From the NCBI GenBank assembly GCA_963834385.1, contig CAWIBO010000005.1, forward strand, positions 384,001 through 448,000: a stretch of 64,000 bases of DNA, written 5' to 3'. The notes beneath the pieces were generated by a model that saw only the letters and a program-made list of their open reading frames with translations, was not told the origin of the DNA and did not search any database. The first letter of the stretch is position 1; every line of letters starts with the position of its first letter. A program made the position numbers and the translations under genes. Shown here piece after piece: positions 51,003-61,978 of this stretch. Origin of the DNA: an uncultured Verrucomicrobiae bacterium (GTDB lineage Bacteria > Verrucomicrobiota > Verrucomicrobiia > Chthoniobacterales > UBA10450).

Positions 51003-54000
51003 CTACTTCATGATGTTTGGCTCGAGCGTTGTAAGCTTCGACCAGGCCGACGCCGGTCGTGTTGCTCGCTCCCTTGACGATGGCGGTGTTAAGTCGGCCG
51101 TGCCCGGGGAAGAAGACGAGGGCCGATTCCTTCGGGTCGGTTGGGGCCAGCCCATAAGCGGTGATCGTGGCCGCGTCCGGGGAGTTGGCCCAGTCATCGT
51201 TGCTGTCGATGAGCTGCCCGTTGGCATTATAGAGTTCCAACACGGGATCCAGGAGCGGATCAGGCACGCCGTGGGCGGCGAGGGAAGGGCCGATCGCGCG
51301 CACCACCACCTCGGCCTGGTTGTTCCCGCGCACAATGATGCCGCCGATCAGCACCTCGTCACCGGTCTGGACATGGGCCCGGGTGGAGATGTTGGCCAGG
51401 GTCGAGCCGTTGTGGATTTCCAGGTCGTAGATCTCGACCAGGCCGATCCCGGTAGTGTCGTTCTTTCCGCTCAGGACCGCGGTGTAATTGGCGTTGGCCA
51501 CAAGTTCCACCAGGATGGCCGCTTCGTTCTGTTCGTCCGGGGCCAGGCCGGTGGCGGTGATCTCATCGGCGTTGGCCGCGTCCTGCCAGTCATCGTTCTC
51601 CGCCAGGAGCATGCCGTTGCTGTCGTAGAGCTTGATGACCGGATCATCCAGGTCGCCGGTCATGTCGAGGGACGGACCCAACCCGCGGATGAGCACCGTC
51701 TTGTTCGGGATCGGGAAGCCGCGCGGGGCGCGGTCCGGGATCTGGGGCCCGCGGACAATAAAGCCGCCGATGGCCACGTTGTCGCCGGTGCCGACGTCGG
51801 CGCGCGAGGAGATTTCGGCGAACTCGCGTTCGCCGTCGCAGAAGTCGCCGATCTGGTTGTTATCGGAATCGGCCTGGTTGGCGTTGGAGACCAGCGGGCA
51901 GTTATCCTCGGTGTCATTGACGCCGTCGTTGTCGTCGTCGGGATCGCAGAGGTCGCCCCGGCCATCCTGGTCGTTGTCGGCCTGGTCGGTATTGGCAGTG
52001 CCTTCGCAGTTATCGATGTCGTCGCAGACATCGTCGCTGTCGGCATCATTGTTGATGTCGTTGGGGCAGGCGTCGCAGGCGTCACCTAAGCCGTCGGTGT
52101 CGCTGTCGAGCTGATCGGGGTTGGAGTCGGTGGGGCAGTTATCAAGGTCGCCGCAGACATCGTCGCTGTCGGCGTCATTGTTGATGTCGTTGGGGCAGGC
52201 GTCGCAGGCGTCACCTAAGCCGTCGGTGTCGCTGTCGAGCTGATCGGGGTTGGAGTCGGTCCGGACAGTTGTCAACGTCGTTCGAGATGCCGTCGCCGTC
52301 GTCGTCGTCGCCGCCGGGCTGGCCCAGAACGAGATACGCGGCTTCGCTCGGGATGCCGTTGGTGAAGACGGTGACCAGGGCCGGGCCTTCCGGGAAACCG
52401 GAGATGGGGGTGGAAGTGAAGCTGGTGTCCGACCAGCCGAGGGTCATATCGACGAGGAGAAAGCGGACCTGCTCGCTGTCGAGCCGGCGCAACTGGACCA
52501 CGGGGTAATTGGTGGAGGAATCCTGGAAGTTGCCGCCGGAGGCCTGGGAGATGCCCTGGAAGCGGAGACCTGTCAGTTCAAGTTGGCCGTCGGGGAGGAC
52601 GAAACGGCGAGACGGTGAGAATCTCCGGCTGCCAGGCAGCGCTGAAGCCAAGTCCCACGTCATAAAGCTCCGCGCTGGCGAGAGTGCCGCTGTCCGTCAT
52701 CGCCGCCGGCGACGAGGACCTTGCCATTGGGCAGGAGGGTGGCCGTGTGAACATACCGCGCGGTGGCGAGGCTGCCGGTGGGGCTCCAGGGGCCGGTGGC
52801 CGGGTCATAAAGCTCCGCGCTGGCGAGAGGGCCGCTGCTCCCAAAGCCGCCGGCGACGAGGACCTTGCCATTGGGCAGGAGGGTGGCCGTGTGTATGATG
52901 CCGCGCGGTGGCGAGGCTGCCGGTGGGGCTCCAGGAGCCGGTGGCCGGGTCATAAAGCTCCGCGCTGGCGAGAAGGCGAGACTGCTATCAGCGCCGCCGG
53001 CGACGAGCGACCTTGCCATTGGGCAGGAGGGTGGCCGTGTGCTGAATACCGCGCGGTGGCGAGGCTGCCGGTGGAGCTCCAGGTGCCGGTGGCCGGGTCA
53101 TAAAGCTCCGCGCTGGCGAGAACGCCGCTGTTTCCATAGCCGCCGGCGACGAGGACCTTGCCATTGGGCAGGAGGGTGGCCGTGTGATATATCGCGCGTC
53201 GGCGAGGTTGCCGGTGGAGCTCCAGGAGCCGGTGGCCGGGTCATAAAGCTCCGCGCTGGCGAGAATGCTGCTGCTGCCAAAGCCGCCGGCGACGAGGACC
53301 TTGCCATTGGGCAGGAGGGTGGCCGTGTGAGAAGACCGCGCGGTGGCGAGGTTGCCGGTGGGGCTCCAGGGGCCGGTGGCCGGGTCATAGAGCTCCGCGC
53401 TGGCGAGAGCGCTGCTGCCGTCCCATAGCCGCCGGCGACGAGGACCTTGCCATTGGGCAGGAGGGTGGCCGTGTGAACAGTACCGCGCGGTGGCGAGGCT
53501 GCCGGTGGGGCTCCAGGAGCCGGTGGCCGGGTCATAAAGCTCCGCGCTGGCGAGGCTGTCGCTGCCACTCATGGCCGCCGGCGACGAGGACCTTGCCATT
53601 GGGCAGGAGGGTGGCCGTGTGACGATACCGCGCGGTGGCGAGGTTGCCGGTGGGGCTCCAGGAGCCGGTGGCCGGGTCATAAAGCTCCGCGCTGGCGAGA
53701 CGGCCGCTGGTCGCTAAGCCGCCGGCGACGAGGACCTTGCCATTGGGCAGGAGGGTGGCCGTGTGATAATTCCGCGCGGTGGCGAGGCTGCCGGTGGAGC
53801 TCCAGGTGCCGATGTCCGGGTCATAAAGCTCCGCGCTGGCGAGAACGCCGCTGTCCCACGCCGCCGGCGACGAGGACCTTGCCATTGGGCAGGAGGGTGG
53901 CCGTGTGAAGATACCGCGCGGCTGGCGAGGCTGCCGGTGGAGCTCCAGGTGCCGATGTCCGGGTCATAAAGCTCCGCGCTGGCGAGAGGGGTGCAACTGC

Positions 54001-54794
54001 TCCAACGCCGCCGGCGACGAGGACCTTGCCATTGGGCAGGAGGGTGGCCGTGTGATCATACCGCGCGGTGGCGAGGCTGCCGGTGGAGCTCCAGGTGCCG
54101 GTGTCCGGGTCATAAAGCTCCGCGCTGGCGAGAACGCTCTGCTGCCAAAGCCGCCGGCGACGAGGACCTTGCCATTGGGCAGAAGGGTGGCCGTGTGAGA
54201 ATACCGCGCGGTGGCGAGGTTGCCGGTGGAACTCCAGAGGCCGGTGGCCGGGTCATAAAGCTCCGCGCTGGCGAGACGGCTGCTAGTCCCATCGCCGCCG
54301 GCGACGAGGACCTTGCCATTGGGCAGGAGGGTGGCCGTGTGATAATACCGCGCGGTGGCGAGGCTGCCGGTGGAGCTCCAGGAGCCGGTGGCCGGGTCAT
54401 AAAGCTCCGCGCTGGCGAGAGTGCTGACTGCTGCCAAGAGCCGCCGGCGACGAGGACCTTGCCATTGGGCAGGAGGGTGGCCGTGTGAACATACCGCGCG
54501 GTGGCGAGGCTGCCGGTGGGGCTCCAGGAGCCGGTGGCCGGGTCATAAAGCTCCGCGCTGGCGAGAGCGCTGCTGCCAAAGCCGCCGGCGACGAGGACCT
54601 TGCCATTGGGCAGGAGGGTGGCCGTGTGAAAATACCGCGCGGTGGCGAGGCTGCCGGTGTCGCCAAAGGTGAAAGGCGAAGCTTCGGCTAGCGGCGCAAA
54701 AAACGTTGTCGCCAAAGCCAGCCAAAGGAGGCAGAAGCCAAAGAGGCCGGTGGGAAGAACGTGACGGAGACGGACGAGACAGGGGAGTATTCAT
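51003..54794 (-). CDS. Large secreted protein: 14 kelch repeats + Ig-like domain + TSP3 repeats + tandem NxSTR domains (many indels)
   Basis: Fragments in all three minus frames: [44 protein letters not shown] and NISTR domains. Confidence 0.85.
52660..54660 (-). repeat. Coding tandem repeat, 14 x about 144 bp
   Basis: GACGAGGACCTTGCCATTGGGCAGGAGGGTGGCCGTGT recurs at about 52711, 52855, 53002, 53148, 53291, 53437, 53583, 53727, 53869, 54016, 54159, 54303, 54449, 54590. Confidence 0.95.
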
Positions 54795-54982
54795 GGAGGA
54801 GGTGGGGTTAAGCCGGTGGTGGTCCGCCTCGTAACCAGCCGTCCTCCCTCGTGAAGATGACGTCCGGTTCCAGTGCCGACCTGGTGATTAGCGCCAGCGC
54901 CGGCGGCGCTGCGCCGGCAAACGCCGGCTGCATCAGCCGGCTCCGGAGGAACGTCGAGACGTCGATGACTCGATCGCCGCGG

Positions 54983-55043
54983 AGACTGCGGAGACCGAAT
55001 CTCGGCGTCAAGCGGAAAAACGTATTCTAATTAAAAAATTAAT
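54983..55043 (-). promoter_or_regulatory. Putative promoter of the kelch gene with AT-rich upstream tract
   Basis: ATTAATTTTTTAATTAGAAT then TTGACG-17 nt-CAGTCT. Confidence 0.45.
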
Positions 55044-55296
55044 GCCGCGAGTGCCGCGGGACGACGAGCGCGCACCAGAGCATGGATCGCGGGGGCCCAG
55101 GTGATCCGCTCTCGCGAAGTGGCAAACGGAAGATCGCGTCAACGACATGGTGTCAGGGACGCGATCGGCGAAAGAACTACAGAATTGCCAGAATCGGCGA
55201 CAAGAGTGAAAACGCGCCCGCCGTATTAGTCTTGGGAGGGTTGTACCGGGATCGGTTCGCGCAGAGAGCACCGGAGCGCAATCGTGGATCCGATCC

Positions 55297-56085
55297 CTAG
55301 GAAGAAACCTTGACCGTGACGGTGACGAAGTCGCTTTCCCAGTCGAAGCCTGCCTTGGCTGATTTTCGCAAATCCGTTCCGCGCAGAAGCCAGCGACCAC
55401 TTTTCGGGAGTTGGAAGGTGACAAAACCCTCCGCATCAGTCTCCCGGGTTTCGCCGCCAGTTTCGCCTTCGCGCAGAGCGTTGACCCGAAAACCGGGAAG
55501 TGGTTTGCCATTCCTCAAGGCTCGCACCGCAAACGATGCGCCGGGGGTCAGGCGGGTGGGATCCTGCGTGGGGACCAGCTCCAGGGCAAGGCCCGCCGGC
55601 TCTTTCCACGAAGAATCATCGGCGTCGCCGACCCTGATGAACGTGGTCGCATGTTTGGTGTAGGATTCGCGGAAGCTCTTCGCCTTCATGGCTTCTGCGC
55701 GTGTTTCCGCGGAGACACTGATCTCCTCGAGATATTCCTTCACCTGGGCCGGGGTGAGCTCGATCGAGCGCGCGGGCGACTCGAGCCAGACCAGCGCGAT
55801 CCCGGGCTTGGCGGCCGCTCCGCGAAATTTCATTGATTGCTTTCCCGGTGGCGAATCCTTCAGTCGAAATGTCTGCCCGGCGAGGCGGACCTGGACAAGG
55901 CGTTCCTTGTTGGGTTTGGGTGCGGAATCGAGCGCGGGAAACGCCATGCCGCTGGTCAGCTCAACCGTAATGGTCTGGCCTGGGGCGAGGGCGAACTTCG
56001 CCGGCATCAGCCAGGTGTCGTGCCCGTAAAGCAGACTCGCGCCGCCCAAAAACGCGAGGCAAATGAAAATCGCGCGCTTGTTCAC
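55297..56085 (-). CDS. DUF4198 family secreted protein
   Basis: Signal peptide then HDTWL.P; GLALELVP..DP, TDAEG, G.WLL. Confidence 0.85.
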   Translation of the reverse strand: MNKRAIFICLAFLGGASLLYGHDTWLMPAKFALAPGQTITVELTSGMAFPALDSAPKPNKERLVQVRLAGQTFRLKDSPPGKQSMKFRGAAAKPGIALVWLESPARSIELTPAQVKEYLEEISVSAETRAEAMKAKSFRESYTKHATTFIRVGDADDSSWKEPAGLALELVPTQDPTRLTPGASFAVRALRNGKPLPGFRVNALREGETGGETRETDAEGFVTFQLPKSGRWLLRGTDLRKSAKAGFDWESDFVTVTVKVSS

Positions 56086-56519
56086 GGCGCCAGCGCTTCG
56101 GCGGGATATTGGGCTTTCACCAGCTTGAGCGCGGCCTGGAGCTTCCGGAATTGCACTCGCGTCATCGGCATGTCGCTCTTGTCGGCGGCGTGATGGACGC
56201 TGTCCGCCAGGCGAAGGGCCTGGGCCAGGGCCGAACTGAGGCGGGTGGCCTTCTCTCCGGTGACCATGGGGCTGTTCTTCTCGAGGTAACGCAGTCCCGA
56301 CGAAACCTTCGCTTCCAGGTCATGGATGGCCTGGTACTGTTTGGCTTCAATCGCCGCCTCGATAGCGCGCATGTTCTCCTCCACGACCTTCCAGGCGGCA
56401 CCCGTCCCGGCGTGATCTTCCGCCGGTGCGGCATGGGAATGTTCATCTCCGTCGTCGTGGGCAAAAACAGGAATCACCCCAAGGAAGAGGGCGAGGAGGC
56501 AAAGGCGCACGGATCTCAT
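56082..56519 (-). CDS. Secreted helical protein with His/acidic N-terminus
   Basis: Signal peptide AH, HDDGDEHSH; overlaps the DUF4198 start. Confidence 0.7.
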   Translation of the reverse strand: MRSVRLCLLALFLGVIPVFAHDDGDEHSHAAPAEDHAGTGAAWKVVEENMRAIEAAIEAKQYQAIHDLEAKVSSGLRYLEKNSPMVTGEKATRLSSALAQALRLADSVHHAADKSDMPMTRVQFRKLQAALKLVKAQYPAEALAP

Positions 56520-56610
56520 AGGTCAGCGTAGAGCGAAATCGCATTACAAGCCAGTCCCCGGGGGCGATTTCTCCACGCATTCGGACCGGCAGGTGCGAAC
56601 TTTCTGGCGT

Positions 56611-57444
56611 ATGCGTGCCATCTGGAAAGGGAGTATCAGCTTTGGTCTCGTCAACATCCCGATCGCGCTCTATTCGGCCACGCGGCGGGAGGAACTGAAG
56701 TTCCGGCTGTTGCGGGAGTCCGACCTGAGCCCGGTCAATTACAAACGGGTGGCGGAGAAGGATGGCAAGGAGGTGCCCTGGGGAAAGATCGTTAAAGGCT
56801 ACGAATACGAGAAGGGGAAATTCGTGGTCCTGAACGAGAAGGATTTCCAACGAGTCGACCTCGAGGCCACCCAGACCGTCGACATCCAGGACTTCGTGGA
56901 TGTGGAGGAGATCGACCCGATGTTTTTCTACAAGCCTTACTACCTGGAGCCGCAGAAAGGCGGCGACAAAGCCTACTCCCTCCTGCGCAAGGCGCTGGAG
57001 GAGTCAGGCAAAGTGGGCATTGCCAAGGTGGTGATCAAGACGCGGCAATACCTGGCCGGGGTCAAGGCCAAGGACGAAGTGCTCGTGCTCGAGCTGATGC
57101 ATTTTGCCGATGAATTGGCGGCGACGGACAAGCTGAAGGTGCCGCAGAAGATCACGCCCGGGAAAAAAGAGGTGGAGATGGCGCAGGCGCTGATCAAGAG
57201 CATGACGGCAAAGTGGGACCCGGAGAAGTACACCGACGATTACAAGGAAGCGCTCATGGAGGTGATTGAGGAGAAGGTGGAATCGGGCGGAAAGGAGCTC
57301 GAGGAGAAGCCGAAGAAGAAGGAGCCCTCGTCGAAGGTGATCGACCTGGTGGCGGTCCTGCAGCAAAGCCTGGAGCAATCGAAAGGCGGCAAGAAAACGA
57401 AGGGCAGGAAGAAGAGCGCGAAGACGCAGAAGAAGGCGGCCTGA
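56611..57444 (+). CDS. ku: Ku protein (NHEJ)
   Basis: MRAIWKGSISFGLVNIP, IVKGYEY, PYYLEP, YTDDY, VIDLVAVLQQSL, basic tail. Confidence 0.96.
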   Translation: MRAIWKGSISFGLVNIPIALYSATRREELKFRLLRESDLSPVNYKRVAEKDGKEVPWGKIVKGYEYEKGKFVVLNEKDFQRVDLEATQTVDIQDFVDVEEIDPMFFYKPYYLEPQKGGDKAYSLLRKALEESGKVGIAKVVIKTRQYLAGVKAKDEVLVLELMHFADELAATDKLKVPQKITPGKKEVEMAQALIKSMTAKWDPEKYTDDYKEALMEVIEEKVESGGKELEEKPKKKEPSSKVIDLVAVLQQSLEQSKGGKKTKGRKKSAKTQKKAA

Positions 57445-57454
57445 GGCGGGGGAG

Positions 57455-57780
57455 ATTTACCACAGAGACGCAGAGGACACAGAGAAGGCGGATTTACCAC
57501 AGAGAGCACGGAGGGCACAGAGGAAAGCGGATTCGGGACCATTCACCATCCACGACTCACCATTCACGCCCATCGTCCCTCCCCGGTGGGGCGAGACTCT
57601 GTCGAGCCTGGATCACCACAGAGACGCAGAGGACGCAGGAGGATCAGGATTCTCGAGGGAAGGGAGATAGCCTGCGTCCGACTGTTCGCGGCGCGTGCTC
57701 CCAGGCTCCGCGGAGCGTCGCCCTACCGGGGGAGGCAACGCCGCGCACTATTCACGATTCACCATTTACTATTCACGCCC
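57455..57780 (+). repeat. Composite intergenic repeat mosaic 5
   Basis: Shared modules; the last 7-mer tract supplies the HDAC stop codon. Confidence 0.9.
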
Positions 57781-58640
57781 CTCGTTCCTCCCACGCGGTG
57801 AGGAAAGCGTCGATTAGTTCCGGCAGTTCATCGCTGTAGCCGCCTTCAAGGATAGCTGCGGCTGGCACCCCGGATTCTTTTAACCATTCGCCACACTGGG
57901 CGAAGTCCTCCTTCTCGAGGGTCATTTCCGTGATCGGGTCGTTTATGTAGGCGTCGAACCCGGCCGAGACCAGGAGCAGGTCCACCTTCGCTTCGAGCAG
58001 ACAATCCAGCCCTCGCCGAATCTCGGTCATGTGCCGGAGAGCGGGCGGTTCCGGGCTGCACGGGATAGTTATAAATGTTTCCGGATGATTCGGTCCCGGT
58101 GCCCGGGTAACCCGGATACTGATGAATGGAAGCAAAGACAATCTGCGGGTGCCCGGCCACGATGGCTTCGGTGCCATTGCCGTGGTGCGCGTCGAAATCC
58201 CAGATCCCGACGCGCCGGACGCCGTGCGCGACAGCTTCAAGCGCGGCGATGGCGATGTGGCTGAAAAAACAAAACCCCATGGCCTGGTCGCGTGTCGCGT
58301 GGTGTCCGGGCGGGCGCATGAGACTGAAAGCCTGGCCCCCCTCCATCGCGACGTGCGCGGCGGCGACGGCTGCTCCGGCCGCGCGGGCTGCGTGCTCGTA
58401 AACGCCGGCGTAGGCAGGTGAGTCGGCGTCGAAATCTTCGCGGGCGGCCCGGATCGTCTCCAGGTGTCCGGGTGTGTGCGCGCGCAAAAGCATCTCTTCG
58501 CTCGCAGCCTCCGGCTGGCGCCATTCCCACTCCGGGTGCCTTTGTTTGAGCACGGGAACGGTGCGAGCAATCCGGGCCGGTCGCTCGGGATGCCCGGGAC
58601 GGGCAAACTCCGTTGAACGAGGGTCGTGAAGAATAATCAT
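57773..58640 (-). CDS. Histone deacetylase family protein (indel near 58045)
   Basis: HPERPARI, RPPGHHA, GFCFF, DFDAHHGNGT, SAGFDA, LEGGY. Confidence 0.92.
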
Positions 58641-58732
58641 GGGCGCAGGTCGGCCCTCTGACCTTAAAAAAGGCCGGGGCGCGCGCAACGAACGATTGTC
58701 TCCGGCGGCACCCCGCGTTATCTGGCAGGGCA

Positions 58733-60968
58733 ATGTCAGCCCGGCGCAAACAACCGCGACAGCCTGCGGGAAAACCGCTGATCGCCGCCGATGCCGCCGC
58801 GGGTCGGCCAATAATGGCGTGGCTGGTTTGCCTGATCCTGGCGGTCATGACCTGGGCCGTCTTTGGCCAGACGCTCCGGCACGATTTTGTCGACTACGAC
58901 GATCGCGACTACGTGCTGGAGAATGACGTGGTGAAACGGGGCCTGACGGCGGAAGGTTTTCGTTACGCCTTCGCCCGGGTGCACGCCGGCAACTGGCATC
59001 CGCTCACCACCTTGTCGCACATGGCCGACGTGGAGTGGCACGGGTTGAAACCGGGCGGCCACCACCTGACGAATGTGGTCCTGCACGGCGGCGCGGTTCT
59101 CCTGCTCTTTGTCGCTTTGCGCCGGATGACGGGGTCCATCTGGCGCAGCGCGCTTGTTGCGGCGATTTTTGCGATTCATCCGCTCCGCGCGGAATCGGTG
59201 GCCTGGATTGCCGAGCGGAAGGATGTCCTCAGCGGCTTCTTCTTCGTGGCCACCCTCGTGGCTTACTCGTGGTACGCCAGCCGCGTGCAATCGCACTGGC
59301 GCTACCTCACTGTGATCATCCTGGCCGTCGCCGGCATGATGTCGAAACCGATGCTGGTGACCCTGCCGTTCGTGCTTCTTTTGCTGGATGTGTGGCCCCT
59401 GCGCCGGTTCCCGACGGGGGCCTCGGGCCATTGGACTGCACTGTGGCCCCTGGTGCGCGAGAAGATCCCGCTCTTCCTGCTTTCGGCTGGATCAAGCGCC
59501 GTGACCGTTTTCGCGCAGGAGACAGCCGTAGTGCCGCTGCAGGATCTGCCGACCGGCATGCGGATGGCCAACGCCGTGGTGAGCTATTGCGTTTATTTGA
59601 TCAAACTGGTCTGGCCGATGGGCTTGGCCCCCTTTTACCCGCACCAGCACGAAACGATTCCCGTCTGGCAGATCGCGGGGGGATTGCTGTGGCTCGGCGG
59701 GGTAACCACCGCCGTGGTCTGGCAATGGCGTCGGCGGCCTTATCTGCTCGTGGGCTGGTTCTGGTATCTGGGCATGCTTTTCCCCGTGATCGGGATCATG
59801 CAGGTGGGCATGCAGGCCCGGGCGGACCGTTACACCTATCTGCCGGTCATCGGGGTGGTCTTTGCCCTGGTCTGGCTTCTGCGTGAACTGATCGGGGAGC
59901 GACGGGTTCTGAAGATCGTCCGCAGGCCTGGGTGCGCTTGTCGTTGTCGCGCTCCTGGCGCTGGCCGCCTCACGCCAGGTTTCGTTCTGGAAAAACTCTG
60001 AAATCCTCTGGCGACACGCCTTGACGATCAACAACGACAGCCCGGTGGCGCACAACGCACTCGCTTTCACCCTGATGAAAAGCAACCGGGAGACGGAAGC
60101 GGTTGGTCACCTGGAGCAGGCCATGCGTCTGCAGCCGGGGTCCGTCGAGGTCGGGGCGAATTTGGGAGTGGCCCTGACGAAGATCGGCCGGACCGGCGAA
60201 GGGATCGCCTTGTTGCGTAAAGTCGCGCAAGCGATGGGCGACGATCCAAAAGGCCACGGCTATCTCGGGACCGCCTTGGTGCGCGCGGGCCGGTTCGAGG
60301 AAGGCGCGGCCGCGTTCCGGCAGGCCCTGTTGAAGCAACCCGGCAATGCCACCACCCATTTCAAACTTGGAGAGGCGCTGGCTTCCGGTGGGCAAAGGGA
60401 GGAAGCGCTGGAGGCCTTTCGCGAATCTGTCCGGCAGGACCCAAAGGTTCCTGAGACCCGTCTCGCTCTTGGCAATACGCTGGTGGAACTCGGACGCGTG
60501 CAGGAGGCGATCCCGCACTTCGAGAGCGCTCTGGAGATCGCCCCGAAACTGGTCGACGCCCACTTCAATCTCGGGATTGCCCTGATCATGACCCAGCGAT
60601 TTTCCGAGGCGGTCGAACATTGGCGGAAGGCCTACGAGCTGGCGCCGGAGCTTCCGGGTTTGCGACAAAACCTTGCCTGGATTCTGGCGACCCATCCGGA
60701 CCCAGCGGTTCGAAACGGGGAGGAAAGTGTCGCGCTCGGTCGCGCCCTGATTGCGGCCGCTCCGCAGGATGCGATGGCGCGACGCACTTATGCGGCCGGC
60801 CTGGCGGAGGTGGGACGGTTCGAAGAGGCCGGGGCCGTGGCGAGCCAGGGGTTGGAGATGGCGCGGGCAGGCGCGAACAGCGGCCTGGCGGCTGCCTTGG
60901 AGGCGGACCTGGCGAGTTATCAACGGCAGCAACCGGTGCGCGACCAGAGTTTGGGGTCGGCACGGTGA
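58733..60968 (+). CDS. TMTC-like GT-C membrane protein with TPR repeats (indel near 59925)
   Basis: FVDYDD, WHPLT, HLTNV.LH, HPLRAESVAWIAERKD, ADRYTYLP, W.NS..LW, TPRs. Confidence 0.85.
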
Positions 60969-60980
60969 AGCGCGGGGAAA

Positions 60981-61328
60981 CGCGAGACTCAGTCGAGCTT
61001 GGATTTACCACAGAGACGCAGAGGGCGCAGAGGACAGCTGGAGCCGGTAGGGCGAGACTCTGTCGAGCCTGGGAGCACGCGCTGCCAATGGAGGGACCTG
61101 CTTCCGCAGGTCCGAGGACGAGCGGAAGCTCGTCCCTCCGTCTTTTCTAGGACAGGATTAACAGGAGGGACAGGATTGTGTTCGCAAAATCACGCGTCAA
61201 AGAGCTGGCCGCGCGTGCTCCCAGGCTCCGCGGAGCGTCGCCCTACCGAAGAAGCCAACTCGGCACGCCATTCACACTATTCTCTTCTCCACGGTAGGGC
61301 GAGACTCTGTCGAGCCTGGGAGCACGCG
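60981..61328 (+). repeat. Composite intergenic repeat mosaic 6
   Basis: 36-bp inverted GTAG-REP arms (61046-61081, 61212-61247) enclosing a GGAG-REP doublet and an ACAGGAT tract. Confidence 0.9.
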
Positions 61329-61360
61329 CCGCCACCATATTCGACACAGAGCAGAAAGAA

Positions 61361-61435
61361 TGGTGCGCGCTACAGGGTTCGAACCTGTGACTTCTTGCGT
61401 GTGAAGCAAGCGCTCTACCACTGAGCTAAGCGCGC
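61361..61435 (-). tRNA. tRNA-Val(CAC)
   Basis: GCGCGCTTAGCTCAGTGGTAGAGCG CTTGC-TTCACAC-GCAAG AAGTCACAGGTTCGAACCCTGTAGCGCGCACCA. Confidence 0.96.
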
Positions 61436-61527
61436 GCGCGAGCCGACTAAGTTATGGCGAATGCGCGGCCGTGCCACCGGAAAAACGCGCCCCTTGTCAC
61501 CGTCCCCGCGCGACCGTATCTAGGAGG

Positions 61528-61971
61528 ATGTCCGAACATAAAGTCACTCTGAAATGGGAGCGCGGCGATGAGGAGTTTTCCTACCAGAAATATCCGCGCG
61601 ACCACCAATGGACCTTTGACGGCGGCCACAGCATGACCGCGACGGCTGCGCCGGCCTACCTGGGGAACCCGGCGAACGTGGACCCGGAGGAAGCCTTTGT
61701 GGCTTCGCTCTCGAGTTGCCACATGCTCACCTTCCTCGCCATCGCCTGTAAACAGAAGTTCGTGCTCGATTCCTACGAGGACGAGGCGGTCGGCCACATG
61801 GAGAAAAACGCGGACGGCAAAATGGCCATCACCCGCGTGGTTTTGCGCCCGAAAATCAAATGGTCGGGCGAGAAAACCCCGAGCGACGACGAACTGCAGA
61901 AGATCCATCACGCCGCGCACGACAACTGTTTCATCGCCAACTCGGTCAAGACCGAGGTCACGGTGGAATAA
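61528..61971 (+). CDS. OsmC family protein
   Basis: DPEEAFVASLSSCHMLTFL, AHDNCFIANSVK. Confidence 0.92.
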   Translation: MSEHKVTLKWERGDEEFSYQKYPRDHQWTFDGGHSMTATAAPAYLGNPANVDPEEAFVASLSSCHMLTFLAIACKQKFVLDSYEDEAVGHMEKNADGKMAITRVVLRPKIKWSGEKTPSDDELQKIHHAAHDNCFIANSVKTEVTVE

Positions 61972-61978
61972 GGCGCGT

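Noticed and set aside
52660..54660. CRISPR array (constant repeat with variable spacers)
   Set aside because: Units are 144-bp coding kelch repeats, the variable parts are only a few codons, and no cas genes are present
55118..55175. c-di-GMP-I riboswitch (GGCAAAC..GGGACGC)
   Set aside because: Spacing, GNRA loop and GCAAAGC junction do not fit, and it is on the strand opposite the downstream gene
52660..55296. Diversity-generating retroelement acting on the kelch gene
   Set aside because: No reverse transcriptase or separate template repeat in the window; variation is not evidently adenine-restricted
56611..57444. Ku without adjacent ligD as a novel system
   Set aside because: ligD is often encoded elsewhere; absence from one window is uninformative
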